Shown: positions 1-7,493 of the stretch, piece by piece | Position numbering within the stretch: position 1 is the first letter of the stretch | Layout: every line of letters begins with the position of its first letter | Source: Solirubrobacterales bacterium | GTDB lineage: Bacteria; Actinomycetota; Thermoleophilia; Solirubrobacterales; 70-9 | Assembly (NCBI GenBank): GCA_044221915.1 | Contig: JBGAOF010000001.1 | Coordinates: forward strand, 1-26,159 | Direction of reading: 5' to 3' | DNA: 26,159 nt | Program-made: the position numbers and the translations under genes | The notes under the pieces: model-generated | Told to the model about the DNA's origin: nothing | What the model saw: the letters and a program-made list of their open reading frames with translations, nothing else | Databases searched by the model: none

Positions 1-1091
1 TTCGGGTCGATCTCGGCGTAAAGCCGGACCGGCCCGGCTGCCCCGGCGTGGCGGGTCGCGTTGGTCATCGCCTCGCGACTGGCCGCGACCAGCGCGGCGG
101 TGTTCTCGTCCAGGGGGCGGTCACCCACCGTCACCGCGTCGATCGGGACCTCATGGAGCTCCTCGACTTCCGCCGCGACACCTCGTAGCGCGTCGGCGAG
201 CGAGTCGGCGCTCTCACCTTCGGACCTGCCGGAGAGCCATTCGCGAAGCTCGCGCTCCTGGGAACGGGCGAGAGTGGAAATACGGCGGCTGTCCTCGGGA
301 TTTTTCTGGATCAGGGCGAGAGTCTGGAGTACCGAGTCGTGAAGGTGTGCGGCAACCTCGGCCCGGTCCTCGGAACGGATCCGCTCGGCCCGTTCGGCGC
401 TGAGTTCCCGGGCTGAACGGGCCCAGAGGGGCGCGGCCACCATGCCGATCACGATCACCGCTGTCAATCCGGCCAGGGCCACATCACCACCGGCGCTGAG
501 CGCCCCGTTTATATAGAGGAAGAGCACGGCACCGCCGAGCAGGAGGGCGATTCCGACCCCACCGCGGAACGGCCCCGGCAAACCGCCCCGGCCTGCGGTG
601 CCCCGGGCCAGGCCCGAACCGGGGTCCGCTTCCCGCTGCTCTTGGCCGCCCGCCGACTCGCCGAACTGCCGCCAGATCAGGGCCGCCCCGGCGGCGGCAA
701 TGACCAGCGGCCAGACCAGCGAATCCGACCACCAGACCCCGGTTTCCCTGAAGATGAACAGAAGACCCAGAGTGACAAAACCGGCCCCCGCCGCAACCGC
801 CCAGGATCCCTTGAACGGCCGGGGCGGAGCGGAAACCCCGACTCGGGACCGGCTGCCCTGCCGTGGCTTCCAGCGCCGGATGCCGGTCTGGCCGGCCCCT
901 GCCGGCAGGGCTGCCCAGAGCAGCCCGTAGCCGATCGCGGCAACCCCGCCGGTGACCACGGTCAGCAGGACGGTCCCCACACGAACCAGGGTCGGATCGA
1001 CATTCAGGCGCAGAGCGATGCCGGAGCAGACACCGGCGACCATTCCACCTTCGGGGTCACGCGCAAGCCGCTTGTCGGGGGTTTCGTTCAG
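1..1091 (-). CDS. PspC-domain sensor histidine kinase (HisKA_3/NarX-LiaS type), C-terminus truncated by the window edge
   Basis: Not in the ORF track because no stop falls inside the window. I translated the minus strand at 1-480 and 900-1200. N-terminus LNETPDKRLARDPEGGMVAGVCSGIALRLNVDPTLVRVG is a PspC motif, followed by hydrophobic segments, the H-box EVAAHLHDSVLQTLALIQK (His codon 341-339) and the N-box REAMTNAARHA. Start is either CTG 1091 (overlapping the upstream TGA) or ATG 1043. Confidence 0.9.
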   Translation of the reverse strand, partial: MNETPDKRLARDPEGGMVAGVCSGIALRLNVDPTLVRVGTVLLTVVTGGVAAIGYGLLWAALPAGAGQTGIRRWKPRQGSRSRVGVSAPPRPFKGSWAVAAGAGFVTLGLLFIFRETGVWWSDSLVWPLVIAAAGAALIWRQFGESAGGQEQREADPGSGLARGTAGRGGLPGPFRGGVGIALLLGGAVLFLYINGALSAGGDVALAGLTAVIVIGMVAAPLWARSARELSAERAERIRSEDRAEVAAHLHDSVLQTLALIQKNPEDSRRISTLARSQERELREWLSGRSEGESADSLADALRGVAAEVEELHEVPIDAVTVGDRPLDENTAALVAASREAMTNATRHAGAAGPVRLYAEIDP

Positions 1092-2533
1092 CGGGCCTTC
1101 TTTCCGTCTGGCCGGGCTTCCATGGCCCCGGCCGGCGCACAGGCGGCGGCAGCGCGTTCCCGGGCCGCTGCGCTGGAAGGTCCGTCCGGCTCCAGGTCAT
1201 TTTCCTCGAAACCGCCAGCCCGTCCATGATCGCGCCACTGGGTGTTGTCCACGATCTCGAAGGCGCCGACCTTGAAGTCGGCGTCGAGGTTGACCGCCTG
1301 CTTCAGGAGGGGGCTTCGGTCGCGCCCGGCCGTGGCCCCGACCGCCGCGGCGGCCTGGCTGACCCCGATGCCGTTCGACTGGCGTCCGCGAAAATCCACG
1401 ACCCCTGCCTTGCCGGTCACTTCGCCGGTGACACAGATGTCATCCGGGACGATTACCGAGGTGAGCCCCATTCCACTCCGGACCGGAAGCTCGAGTTTTC
1501 CGGACTTGCCGAAGTCGAACTTGCGGAGGTCGATGGTCATGTTTCCGGCTGCCATCCGGTATCCGTCACGAGGTACGTCCACGACGCTCAGCGGGGTTTC
1601 CCTGATGTCGCCGAAGCTGCCTTCGACCCGGAGATCGGCGATCGAAACAGCGGCCATCGGCAAGGTCACGGCCACGGCAGCGGTGAGCAGCCAGAGCGAG
1701 ATGCGCCGCCGCCCCCGCAGTCCGGCAAAGACCATGCCGGCACCGAGCAGGATCACAAGCGCCGCCATCGGTACACCTCCGAAGAGGGCGGTGGTCCCGG
1801 CTGACAACACGAAGACCAGGCAGAAGACGACCAGCGCACTCAGGCCGATTGCGAACCAGACCATGATCCGGCCGATGGTCGAGGGCCCGTCGTCTCGAAC
1901 CGGCCCCCGGGTTGGCCCGGCGGGGTCGGCGGCGGCCGGGATCGCCGGCCGGGTTTCTCGCGCCCCGGCCATCTGCCTTGTCGCCATCAGTTCGGTCGGT
2001 GAGAGTTGGGTCGGTGATTCGGCGTAGGTCACCACGGCGGTTGAGCTTTCGGACGCCACCCCGGCATCCGGAAGCCCGGGTTCCGGGGTCGACGGGTCGC
2101 TCTCCCGGGCCGGTTTGGTTGTCGGCCGGCCGGCAACGAGAAGCCAGATCGTGATTGCGGCGGCCGCCGTCCAGAAGAGAATCCCGAAAACGGTGCCGGG
2201 CCAGAAACCGAAAAACCAGGTGCCGAAGGTTCCCGATTCGGCCGTTGCGACACCGATCACCGCGGTGACTATTGCCAGCCCGATCATCGTGTTGCGTCGT
2301 TTCGGCTCGATCGGGGGCAGCGGCTCCGACGGATCGCCCTCGACCGGCAGCACCGCGAGCAGCACCAGGTAGACGATCAGGCCGAGTCCGCCCAGCGCGA
2401 GGCTGGCGACGAAGCCGATGCGTACCAGGACGGGATCGATTCTGAAATGGCTGGCGAGCCCGGCCGCGACACCACCGACAAAACGGTCGGACCGGGATCG
2501 GCTGAGTTTGCTGGGGGGAGATTGTTCTTTCAT
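1088..2533 (-). CDS. PspC-domain membrane protein with C-terminal LiaF/Toastrack (DUF2154-like) domain
   Basis: 481 aa. PspC motif KLSRSRSDRFVGGVAAGLASHFRIDPVLVRIGF, several TM helices, a Pro/Ser/Ala-rich linker, then the beta-rich segment YRMAAGNMTIDLRKFDF...VRSGMGLTSVIVPDDICVTGEVTGKAGVVDF typical of LiaF-like C-termini. Confidence 0.85.
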   Translation of the reverse strand: MKEQSPPSKLSRSRSDRFVGGVAAGLASHFRIDPVLVRIGFVASLALGGLGLIVYLVLLAVLPVEGDPSEPLPPIEPKRRNTMIGLAIVTAVIGVATAESGTFGTWFFGFWPGTVFGILFWTAAAAITIWLLVAGRPTTKPARESDPSTPEPGLPDAGVASESSTAVVTYAESPTQLSPTELMATRQMAGARETRPAIPAAADPAGPTRGPVRDDGPSTIGRIMVWFAIGLSALVVFCLVFVLSAGTTALFGGVPMAALVILLGAGMVFAGLRGRRRISLWLLTAAVAVTLPMAAVSIADLRVEGSFGDIRETPLSVVDVPRDGYRMAAGNMTIDLRKFDFGKSGKLELPVRSGMGLTSVIVPDDICVTGEVTGKAGVVDFRGRQSNGIGVSQAAAAVGATAGRDRSPLLKQAVNLDADFKVGAFEIVDNTQWRDHGRAGGFEENDLEPDGPSSAAARERAAAACAPAGAMEARPDGKKAR

Positions 2534-2571
2534 GTCCGGAAGCGTGATCGCCGGTCAGGTCCCTGTCGATC

Positions 2572-2606
2572 GGGAATGACCCTTAGATGGCATCAGGGTT
2601 GTCCCG
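2572..2606. promoter_or_regulatory. Imperfect inverted repeat in the divergent pspC/merR intergenic region; candidate response-regulator site
   Basis: GGGAATGACCCT (2572-2583) N12 AGGGTTGTCCC (2596-2606), 39-73 bp upstream of the pspC start. Function is inferred only. Confidence 0.35.
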
Positions 2607-2667
2607 GGGTGGCGGACCCGGGGCCGGCGGCATCGCCGGGACGCTTTTCCGCCTACGATCCTCGCAG

Positions 2668-3435
2668 GTGGACGCGAAGAAAGTGACAGAAATCCGGGCG
2701 GGTGAGCGGATCACGATCGGTGATCTGGCCGAGCGGACGGGAATGACCGTGAGGAACATCCGTGCCCATCAGTCGCGCGGACTGCTCGACCCGCCTGTCG
2801 TGGTCGGCCGGACCGGCTACTACGGCCCGGATCACATCGGCCGCATCGAGCTGATCCGTGAGCTCCAGGAAGAGGGCTTCAACCTTGAGGCGATCCGCCG
2901 TATCGTCGCCAGTGCCGGGGAATCACCCGGGGAGCTACTCCGCTTCACCCGCGATGTGCGGGCACCCTACGAGGACGAGCAGCCCGAAGTGATGTCACTG
3001 GAGGAGATTTCACGGCCCTGGGGTGAAATTGATTTCGACCGGGAACGCCTGCGGCGCTCCGAGGCGCTCGGTTTGATGCGGCCGCTGGGTGACGGCAGTT
3101 ACGAGGTGCTTTCCCCGAAGTTGCTCAAGGCCGGCCATGAACTGGCCGCGATCGGCGTCCCGATCGACGATTGCCTCGATACCCTGGAAACCCTGAAGGA
3201 AAGGTCGCGCGCGGTCGCGGAGATCTTCATCGCCCTGTTTGACCGGCAGGTCTGGGAGCCCTTCGACCGGGCCGGGCGGCCGCGGAAAGATTGGCCGGAG
3301 GTCCGTGATTCGCTGCGTCGTCTCCGCCCGCTCGCTTCGGATGCCTTCATCGCCTCTTTCCAGTTCGCGATGGAGGAGGTTTCCGAGCGGGCTATCTCGG
3401 AAGGGATCCGGCGTGATCTCGGCGAGGAAAGCTGA
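2668..3435 (+). CDS. MerR-family transcriptional regulator
   Basis: MerR wHTH ITIGDLAERTGMTVRNIRAHQSRGLLDPP...GYYGPDHIGRIELIRELQEEGFNLEAIRRI. Start placed at GTG 2668, 8 nt after a TACGAT -10-like box (2654-2659). GTG 2683 or the track start at 2587 are alternatives. Confidence 0.9.
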   Translation: MDAKKVTEIRAGERITIGDLAERTGMTVRNIRAHQSRGLLDPPVVVGRTGYYGPDHIGRIELIRELQEEGFNLEAIRRIVASAGESPGELLRFTRDVRAPYEDEQPEVMSLEEISRPWGEIDFDRERLRRSEALGLMRPLGDGSYEVLSPKLLKAGHELAAIGVPIDDCLDTLETLKERSRAVAEIFIALFDRQVWEPFDRAGRPRKDWPEVRDSLRRLRPLASDAFIASFQFAMEEVSERAISEGIRRDLGEES

Positions 3436-3467
3436 AGAAGCGGCGCAGCGGTAAAGTTCCCGGACCC

Positions 3468-3540
<73 letters not shown>

Positions 3541-3750
3541 CTCTGGCTGGCTGGGTCGACCGTCGGTGCCGTCGCTCCCGTCGTCCCGCAGGGCCTGAAA
3601 TCGAGGGGATTCTTGCGTACTCAATTGAGCGACATCAGCTCTTCAGCAGGCGGCGCTTGATCCCGAATTGACCGTTCCCACCTTCATCAGGGGTCGATAG
3701 CAACCAGAGTCACGCATAGACGTGGTCTCATATATTGCGGTCAGAAGAAT

Positions 3751-4203
3751 ATGGCCCCCTCCCGTACCCGTCTCATCCTTGGTGGTGTGATCGCACTGAT
3801 CCTGGCCGTGGCACTCTTCGTGATCCTCAGGCCCAAAGACAAGGACGACCGCAGCGGTCCGACCGCAACCGGGGGAGAGGTGGCCCGCCAGGTCGAAGCG
3901 GAGGGCAAGGACGAGGCTGCCGGCAGTTCACGGCCGAAGCCGATCGTCCCGGCGGTGGTAGTCAAGGACGGAGAGCCGCGGGGCGGCATCCTCAAGATCG
4001 ACGCTACGAAGGGCGACCAGGTCGCTTTCAAGGTCAGCTCTGACGTCGACGACGAGATCCACGTTCACGGGTACGACATAAGCAAGGAAGTCTCTACGGA
4101 CAGGCCGGTGACGATCAGGTTCGTGGCTGATATTGAAGGCATCTTCGAGGTCGAGCTGGAGCATTCTGCCGTGCCGATCGCGGAGCTGCAGATCAACCCG
4201 TAG
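3751..4203 (+). CDS. Membrane-anchored cupredoxin-like protein
   Basis: 150 aa. N-terminal hydrophobic anchor LILGGVIALILAVALFVIL, polar linker, then a beta-domain IDATKGDQVAFKVSSDVDDEIHVHGYD...VTIRFVADIEGIFEVELEH resembling cupredoxin-fold patterns but with no Cys. The fold is inferred. Confidence 0.6.
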   Translation: MAPSRTRLILGGVIALILAVALFVILRPKDKDDRSGPTATGGEVARQVEAEGKDEAAGSSRPKPIVPAVVVKDGEPRGGILKIDATKGDQVAFKVSSDVDDEIHVHGYDISKEVSTDRPVTIRFVADIEGIFEVELEHSAVPIAELQINP

Positions 4204-4345
4204 GCGCCGGTATCGGTTTCGGTTACGTGACCGTCCGGGGAGCGGTGGGGAGCGGATGGCTTGAGGTTTCCTAAAGGAAGCTGGAATAGCGTCCTCAGCT
4301 TCGGTGAACGGAGTTTCGACAACAGTCAAGACGGAGGCGCCAAGG

Positions 4346-4906
4346 ATGAGCGGCGGCCGGCGGGCCGTGGCCCTTGCCGTCGTCGGGTTGCTGGTCGGCG
4401 CCGCAGTCTGGGGCCTGACCAGAAACAACCGGGACGGCGACCCGGCATCCCCGGCCACCGTGTCGGCTTCCACCATGATCTCCGGGGAGGCACGCATCGT
4501 CGGCGTGGGTGATCTCGCCAGCCTTCCGGCCGAGGCCGGACACGAGGTTTTCTGGGCCGGCTCCCGGGCAGGCACCGACCTTGAATACAGCCAGGACCCG
4601 ACCGGCAACGTTCATCTGCGCTACCTGACCGACGGAGCGGTGGCCGGCGACCCGAACCAGGGCTTTCTCAACATCGGCACCTACCCGTTCAGCGGGGCCT
4701 ATGAGGCGACCCGCCAGCTCTCGCAGGGTGCGGGGCTGGTCAAGGTAGCCGAACATGGCGGGATCGGATTCTTTGACCCGGCGAACCCGTACAGCGTGAT
4801 AATCGCCTGGCCGGGACAACCTGACCTTCAGGTCGAGGTTTACGACCCGGTGAAGAACCGCGCACTCGACATCGTCCGGAGCGGCGATATCGTGCCCGTG
4901 TCCTGA
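4346..4906 (+). CDS. Bitopic membrane protein of unknown function
   Basis: ATG 4346 follows GGAGG (4333-4337) at 8 nt spacing, so it is preferred over the track GTG 4304. One TM (AVALAVVGLLVGAAVWGL), then a globular domain with VFWAG, VHLRYL, IGTYP and QVEVYDP motifs. Confidence 0.75.
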   Translation: MSGGRRAVALAVVGLLVGAAVWGLTRNNRDGDPASPATVSASTMISGEARIVGVGDLASLPAEAGHEVFWAGSRAGTDLEYSQDPTGNVHLRYLTDGAVAGDPNQGFLNIGTYPFSGAYEATRQLSQGAGLVKVAEHGGIGFFDPANPYSVIIAWPGQPDLQVEVYDPVKNRALDIVRSGDIVPVS

Positions 4907-7410
4907 TCTACGCCTGGGTCATCTTCCCCCTCGTCTTGCTGGCCCTTTGTGCCGGCCTTGGACTGCTGGCCGAAATGGTCCGCGGCCGGAGCCTGCCCTG
5001 GACCCTGTTGCCGGCCACCGGGCTCGCCGGCCTGATCGCGATCGGGGGCCTGATCACGACCATTCCCGCCCTGGCCCCGTTCACCACCGCAACCCTTGCC
5101 GGCCTGGCGATGGTCGGTTACGCCGGCCTTTTTACGGGCGGGCCGCGAGGCCCGGTGCGGCGGCCCCTGGGGAGAGTTGAATCCCGGCTGGTCTGGCCGG
5201 CCCTCGCGGCGGTCGGAGTCTTTCTTGTTTTCGGGGCACCGGTCATCCTCTCCGGTTCAGCCACCTTCGCCGGCTACATCAAGCTCGATGACACATCCAC
5301 CTGGCTTGCTTTCACTGACCATGTGCTGGCCCACGGTCATTCGGTGTCCGGTCTTGCCCCATCCAGTTACGAGGCGACCGTCCAGATCAATCTCTCGGCC
5401 GGCTATCCGCTCGGCGCGTTCATCCCGCTCGGGGTCGGCCATGAGCTGACCGGACAGGATTCAGCTTGGCTGTTTCAGCCATATCTCGCGGTGATGGCAG
5501 CGTTCATGGCCCTGGTATTCCACGAGCTCCTGACTCCGGTGGTCAGGGATCACCGCCTGCGGGCAGCAGCCGTTTTCTTCGCGGCACAGCCGGCCCTGCT
5601 GGTCGGATACGCATTCTGGGGAGGGATCAAGGAAGTGGCGACCGCCGTGCTGGTCGCGATCCTGGCGGCGGGGGCGGTCGAGCTCGCGGGAAATCCCAAA
5701 CCCAGAAGCGCGGTTGTGGTGCCGGTCCTTGCCGGTGCCGCCCTGATCGGAGTTATGGGGGCAGGCGGCCTGCCATGGCTGGCTGGCATCGGGGCCGGCA
5801 CGGCTTTCCTGATGCTTGCCGTTTCCTGGAAGACAGCCCGGCGGGGCGAGGCCCTCGCGGGGATGACCCGGGCGATGGCGGCCAGTGGGCTGCTGGCCGT
5901 GGCCGGGATCGCGCTGGTCGGCCTGCCGACGGTTTTCGCCTCGGGGAGCATGTTCTCCCCCGATCAGGGGGCCCTGACAAGGGCCTCGGAAGAGATGGGC
6001 AACCTGATCCGCCCGCTCAGCCTGCTGCAGTACCCGGGCCCGTGGCCGGTTGGCGATTTCCGGGTCGAGCCGGTTTCGGGGACCGCCAGCCTGGCCACCG
6101 GGGTTCTGGTTCTGGCGACCGTTCTCGCCGCCGGGTTCGGGCTGGTTGCGGCGGTATCCAGGCGGGCCTGGGGGCTCCTCTTGCTCACCTTCGGGACCGG
6201 TCTCGGCTCAATGGTGGTCTGGCTGATCGGCTCGCCCTGGGTTCAGGGAAAGGCCCTGGCGACCGGGTCGGCCTCCTTTCTGGTTCTGGCGATGGCCGGA
6301 ATCGGCTCGCTGATCGGGGCCGGCCGAAATGGGGACCAGGACAGCGGGAACGAGCGGAAACTGTTCCCCGCCCTGTCGGCGGGCGGGCTCAGGGCGATCG
6401 GAGCCTTGCTGTTGATCGTGCCCTGCGGGATTCTTGTTTCCAGTGCGTTGGCCTACCACGAGACCTGGCTGGCTCCGCGCGGCCAGCTCGCCGAGCTGGC
6501 CAGGATCGGCGGGCAGTTCCGGGGCGAGGGGCCGGCGTTGATGACCGAATACCAGGCCTACGGGGTGAGGCACTTCCTCCGGTTGCTCGATGCCGAAGGT
6601 GCTTCCGAGTTGCGGCGGCGGCAGATCCCCCGCCTCGACGGAACCGAGACCGAGAAGGGTGCCTGGGCGGACACCGATGAGCTGGTCCTCGACCCTGGCC
6701 AGGAGGGGCTTCTCACCTACCGGACCCTGGTTCTCAGGCAGGGTCCCGGGCAGAGCCGGCCGCCGTCTCCCTACGAGCTGAAGTGGCGGGGTGACTATTA
6801 CGAGGTCTGGCAGCGGCCGGAGCATCTCGACCCGGGCAGCATTGTTGTTCACAGGCCGCTGGGTGGCGGCCTCCAGCCCTCCGCGATACCGGATTGCCGG
6901 GTTGTCCAGGGGATTGCCTCGAGGGCGAGGGGCGGCTCGGTGGTGGCGGCGTTTCGCAGGCCGAACGCGGTGGCCCGGCTGGATTCCTACCCGCCCGGCT
7001 GGGTTCCCGACCCGGTCAACCGCACGTTGACTCCTCTTTCCGACGGTGCCGCCAGCGGCAGGGTGGAGGTCCCTGAAGCAGGCCGCTACCAGGTCTGGGT
7101 CGGTGGTTCCTCATGGGGCCTGGTTTCGGTTGAGGTTGGTGGCCAGCCCGCCGGCTCGGCCCGTGCTCTGCTCAACAACAACGCCCAGTTCATCCGTCTC
7201 GGCCAGCTTGAGCTTCCGGCCGGCTCCCTGCCGGTCCGGTTGAGCTACGAAAAGGGCAGCTCCCTGCGGCCGGCCACCGGCGGCTATCCCTTCGGCCTGG
7301 GTCCGGTTGTGCTCCAGCCGCTGGCGGGCTCGGGGATGGTGTCGCTTGCACCATCTGATGCGCAGCGGCTGTGCGGCCGCCGGCTCGACTGGATCGAAGC
7401 GGTCCGTTAG
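4903..7410 (+). CDS. Polytopic membrane protein, putative GT-C-fold glycosyltransferase
   Basis: ~835 aa with roughly 13-15 hydrophobic segments in the first ~510 aa. Acidic pair in the first large loop (GYIKLDDTSTWL), YPLG and GIKE motifs, and a large soluble C-terminal region ending in a beta-sandwich-like segment. Start is CTG 4903 (overlapping the upstream TGA) or TTG 4936. Coding status is clear; the function is inferred. Confidence 0.6.
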   Translation: MIYAWVIFPLVLLALCAGLGLLAEMVRGRSLPWTLLPATGLAGLIAIGGLITTIPALAPFTTATLAGLAMVGYAGLFTGGPRGPVRRPLGRVESRLVWPALAAVGVFLVFGAPVILSGSATFAGYIKLDDTSTWLAFTDHVLAHGHSVSGLAPSSYEATVQINLSAGYPLGAFIPLGVGHELTGQDSAWLFQPYLAVMAAFMALVFHELLTPVVRDHRLRAAAVFFAAQPALLVGYAFWGGIKEVATAVLVAILAAGAVELAGNPKPRSAVVVPVLAGAALIGVMGAGGLPWLAGIGAGTAFLMLAVSWKTARRGEALAGMTRAMAASGLLAVAGIALVGLPTVFASGSMFSPDQGALTRASEEMGNLIRPLSLLQYPGPWPVGDFRVEPVSGTASLATGVLVLATVLAAGFGLVAAVSRRAWGLLLLTFGTGLGSMVVWLIGSPWVQGKALATGSASFLVLAMAGIGSLIGAGRNGDQDSGNERKLFPALSAGGLRAIGALLLIVPCGILVSSALAYHETWLAPRGQLAELARIGGQFRGEGPALMTEYQAYGVRHFLRLLDAEGASELRRRQIPRLDGTETEKGAWADTDELVLDPGQEGLLTYRTLVLRQGPGQSRPPSPYELKWRGDYYEVWQRPEHLDPGSIVVHRPLGGGLQPSAIPDCRVVQGIASRARGGSVVAAFRRPNAVARLDSYPPGWVPDPVNRTLTPLSDGAASGRVEVPEAGRYQVWVGGSSWGLVSVEVGGQPAGSARALLNNNAQFIRLGQLELPAGSLPVRLSYEKGSSLRPATGGYPFGLGPVVLQPLAGSGMVSLAPSDAQRLCGRRLDWIEAVR

Positions 7411-7463
7411 GGCTGGAGGCCTGTGCATCGTCCGGCTCCGGCCCGGTCGGGAAGTGGAGCAAT

Positions 7464-7493
7464 TTCACATAACGTCCGGTCGGGCGCTATACT
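7464..7493 (+). promoter_or_regulatory. Sigma-70/HrdB-type promoter for the giant-protein genes
   Basis: TTCACA (7464-7469) N18 TATACT (7488-7493) in the 250 bp intergenic gap. A second -10-like TAGAAT lies at 7545-7550. Confidence 0.6.

Noticed and set aside
598-2027. Plus-strand ORFs 598-930, 642-1229, 1226-1804 and 1242-2027
   Set aside because: Antisense to two genes with clear PspC and kinase motifs. The translations are low-information and Pro/Arg/Gly-rich or mirror-like.
3620-3629. Perfect palindrome CTCAATTGAG downstream of the tRNA
   Set aside because: Only 10 bp, does not extend, has no second copy and no linked promoter element.
4346-4420. Tat signals (GRRAVA here; KR/RK in protein 3)
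   Set aside because: They do not fit S/T-R-R-x-F-L-K. The basic residues are adequately explained as Sec n-regions or positive-inside flanks.
4901-4907. TCC-TGA-T, identical to the antizyme +1 frameshift site
   Set aside because: The +1 frame leads only to a short non-protein-like ORF ending at 5180. The meaningful downstream gene is in the -1 frame.
5466-6680. 404-aa plus-strand alternative-frame ORF
   Set aside because: Arg/Gly/Pro-rich off-frame product nested in the membrane-protein gene, typical of high-GC DNA.
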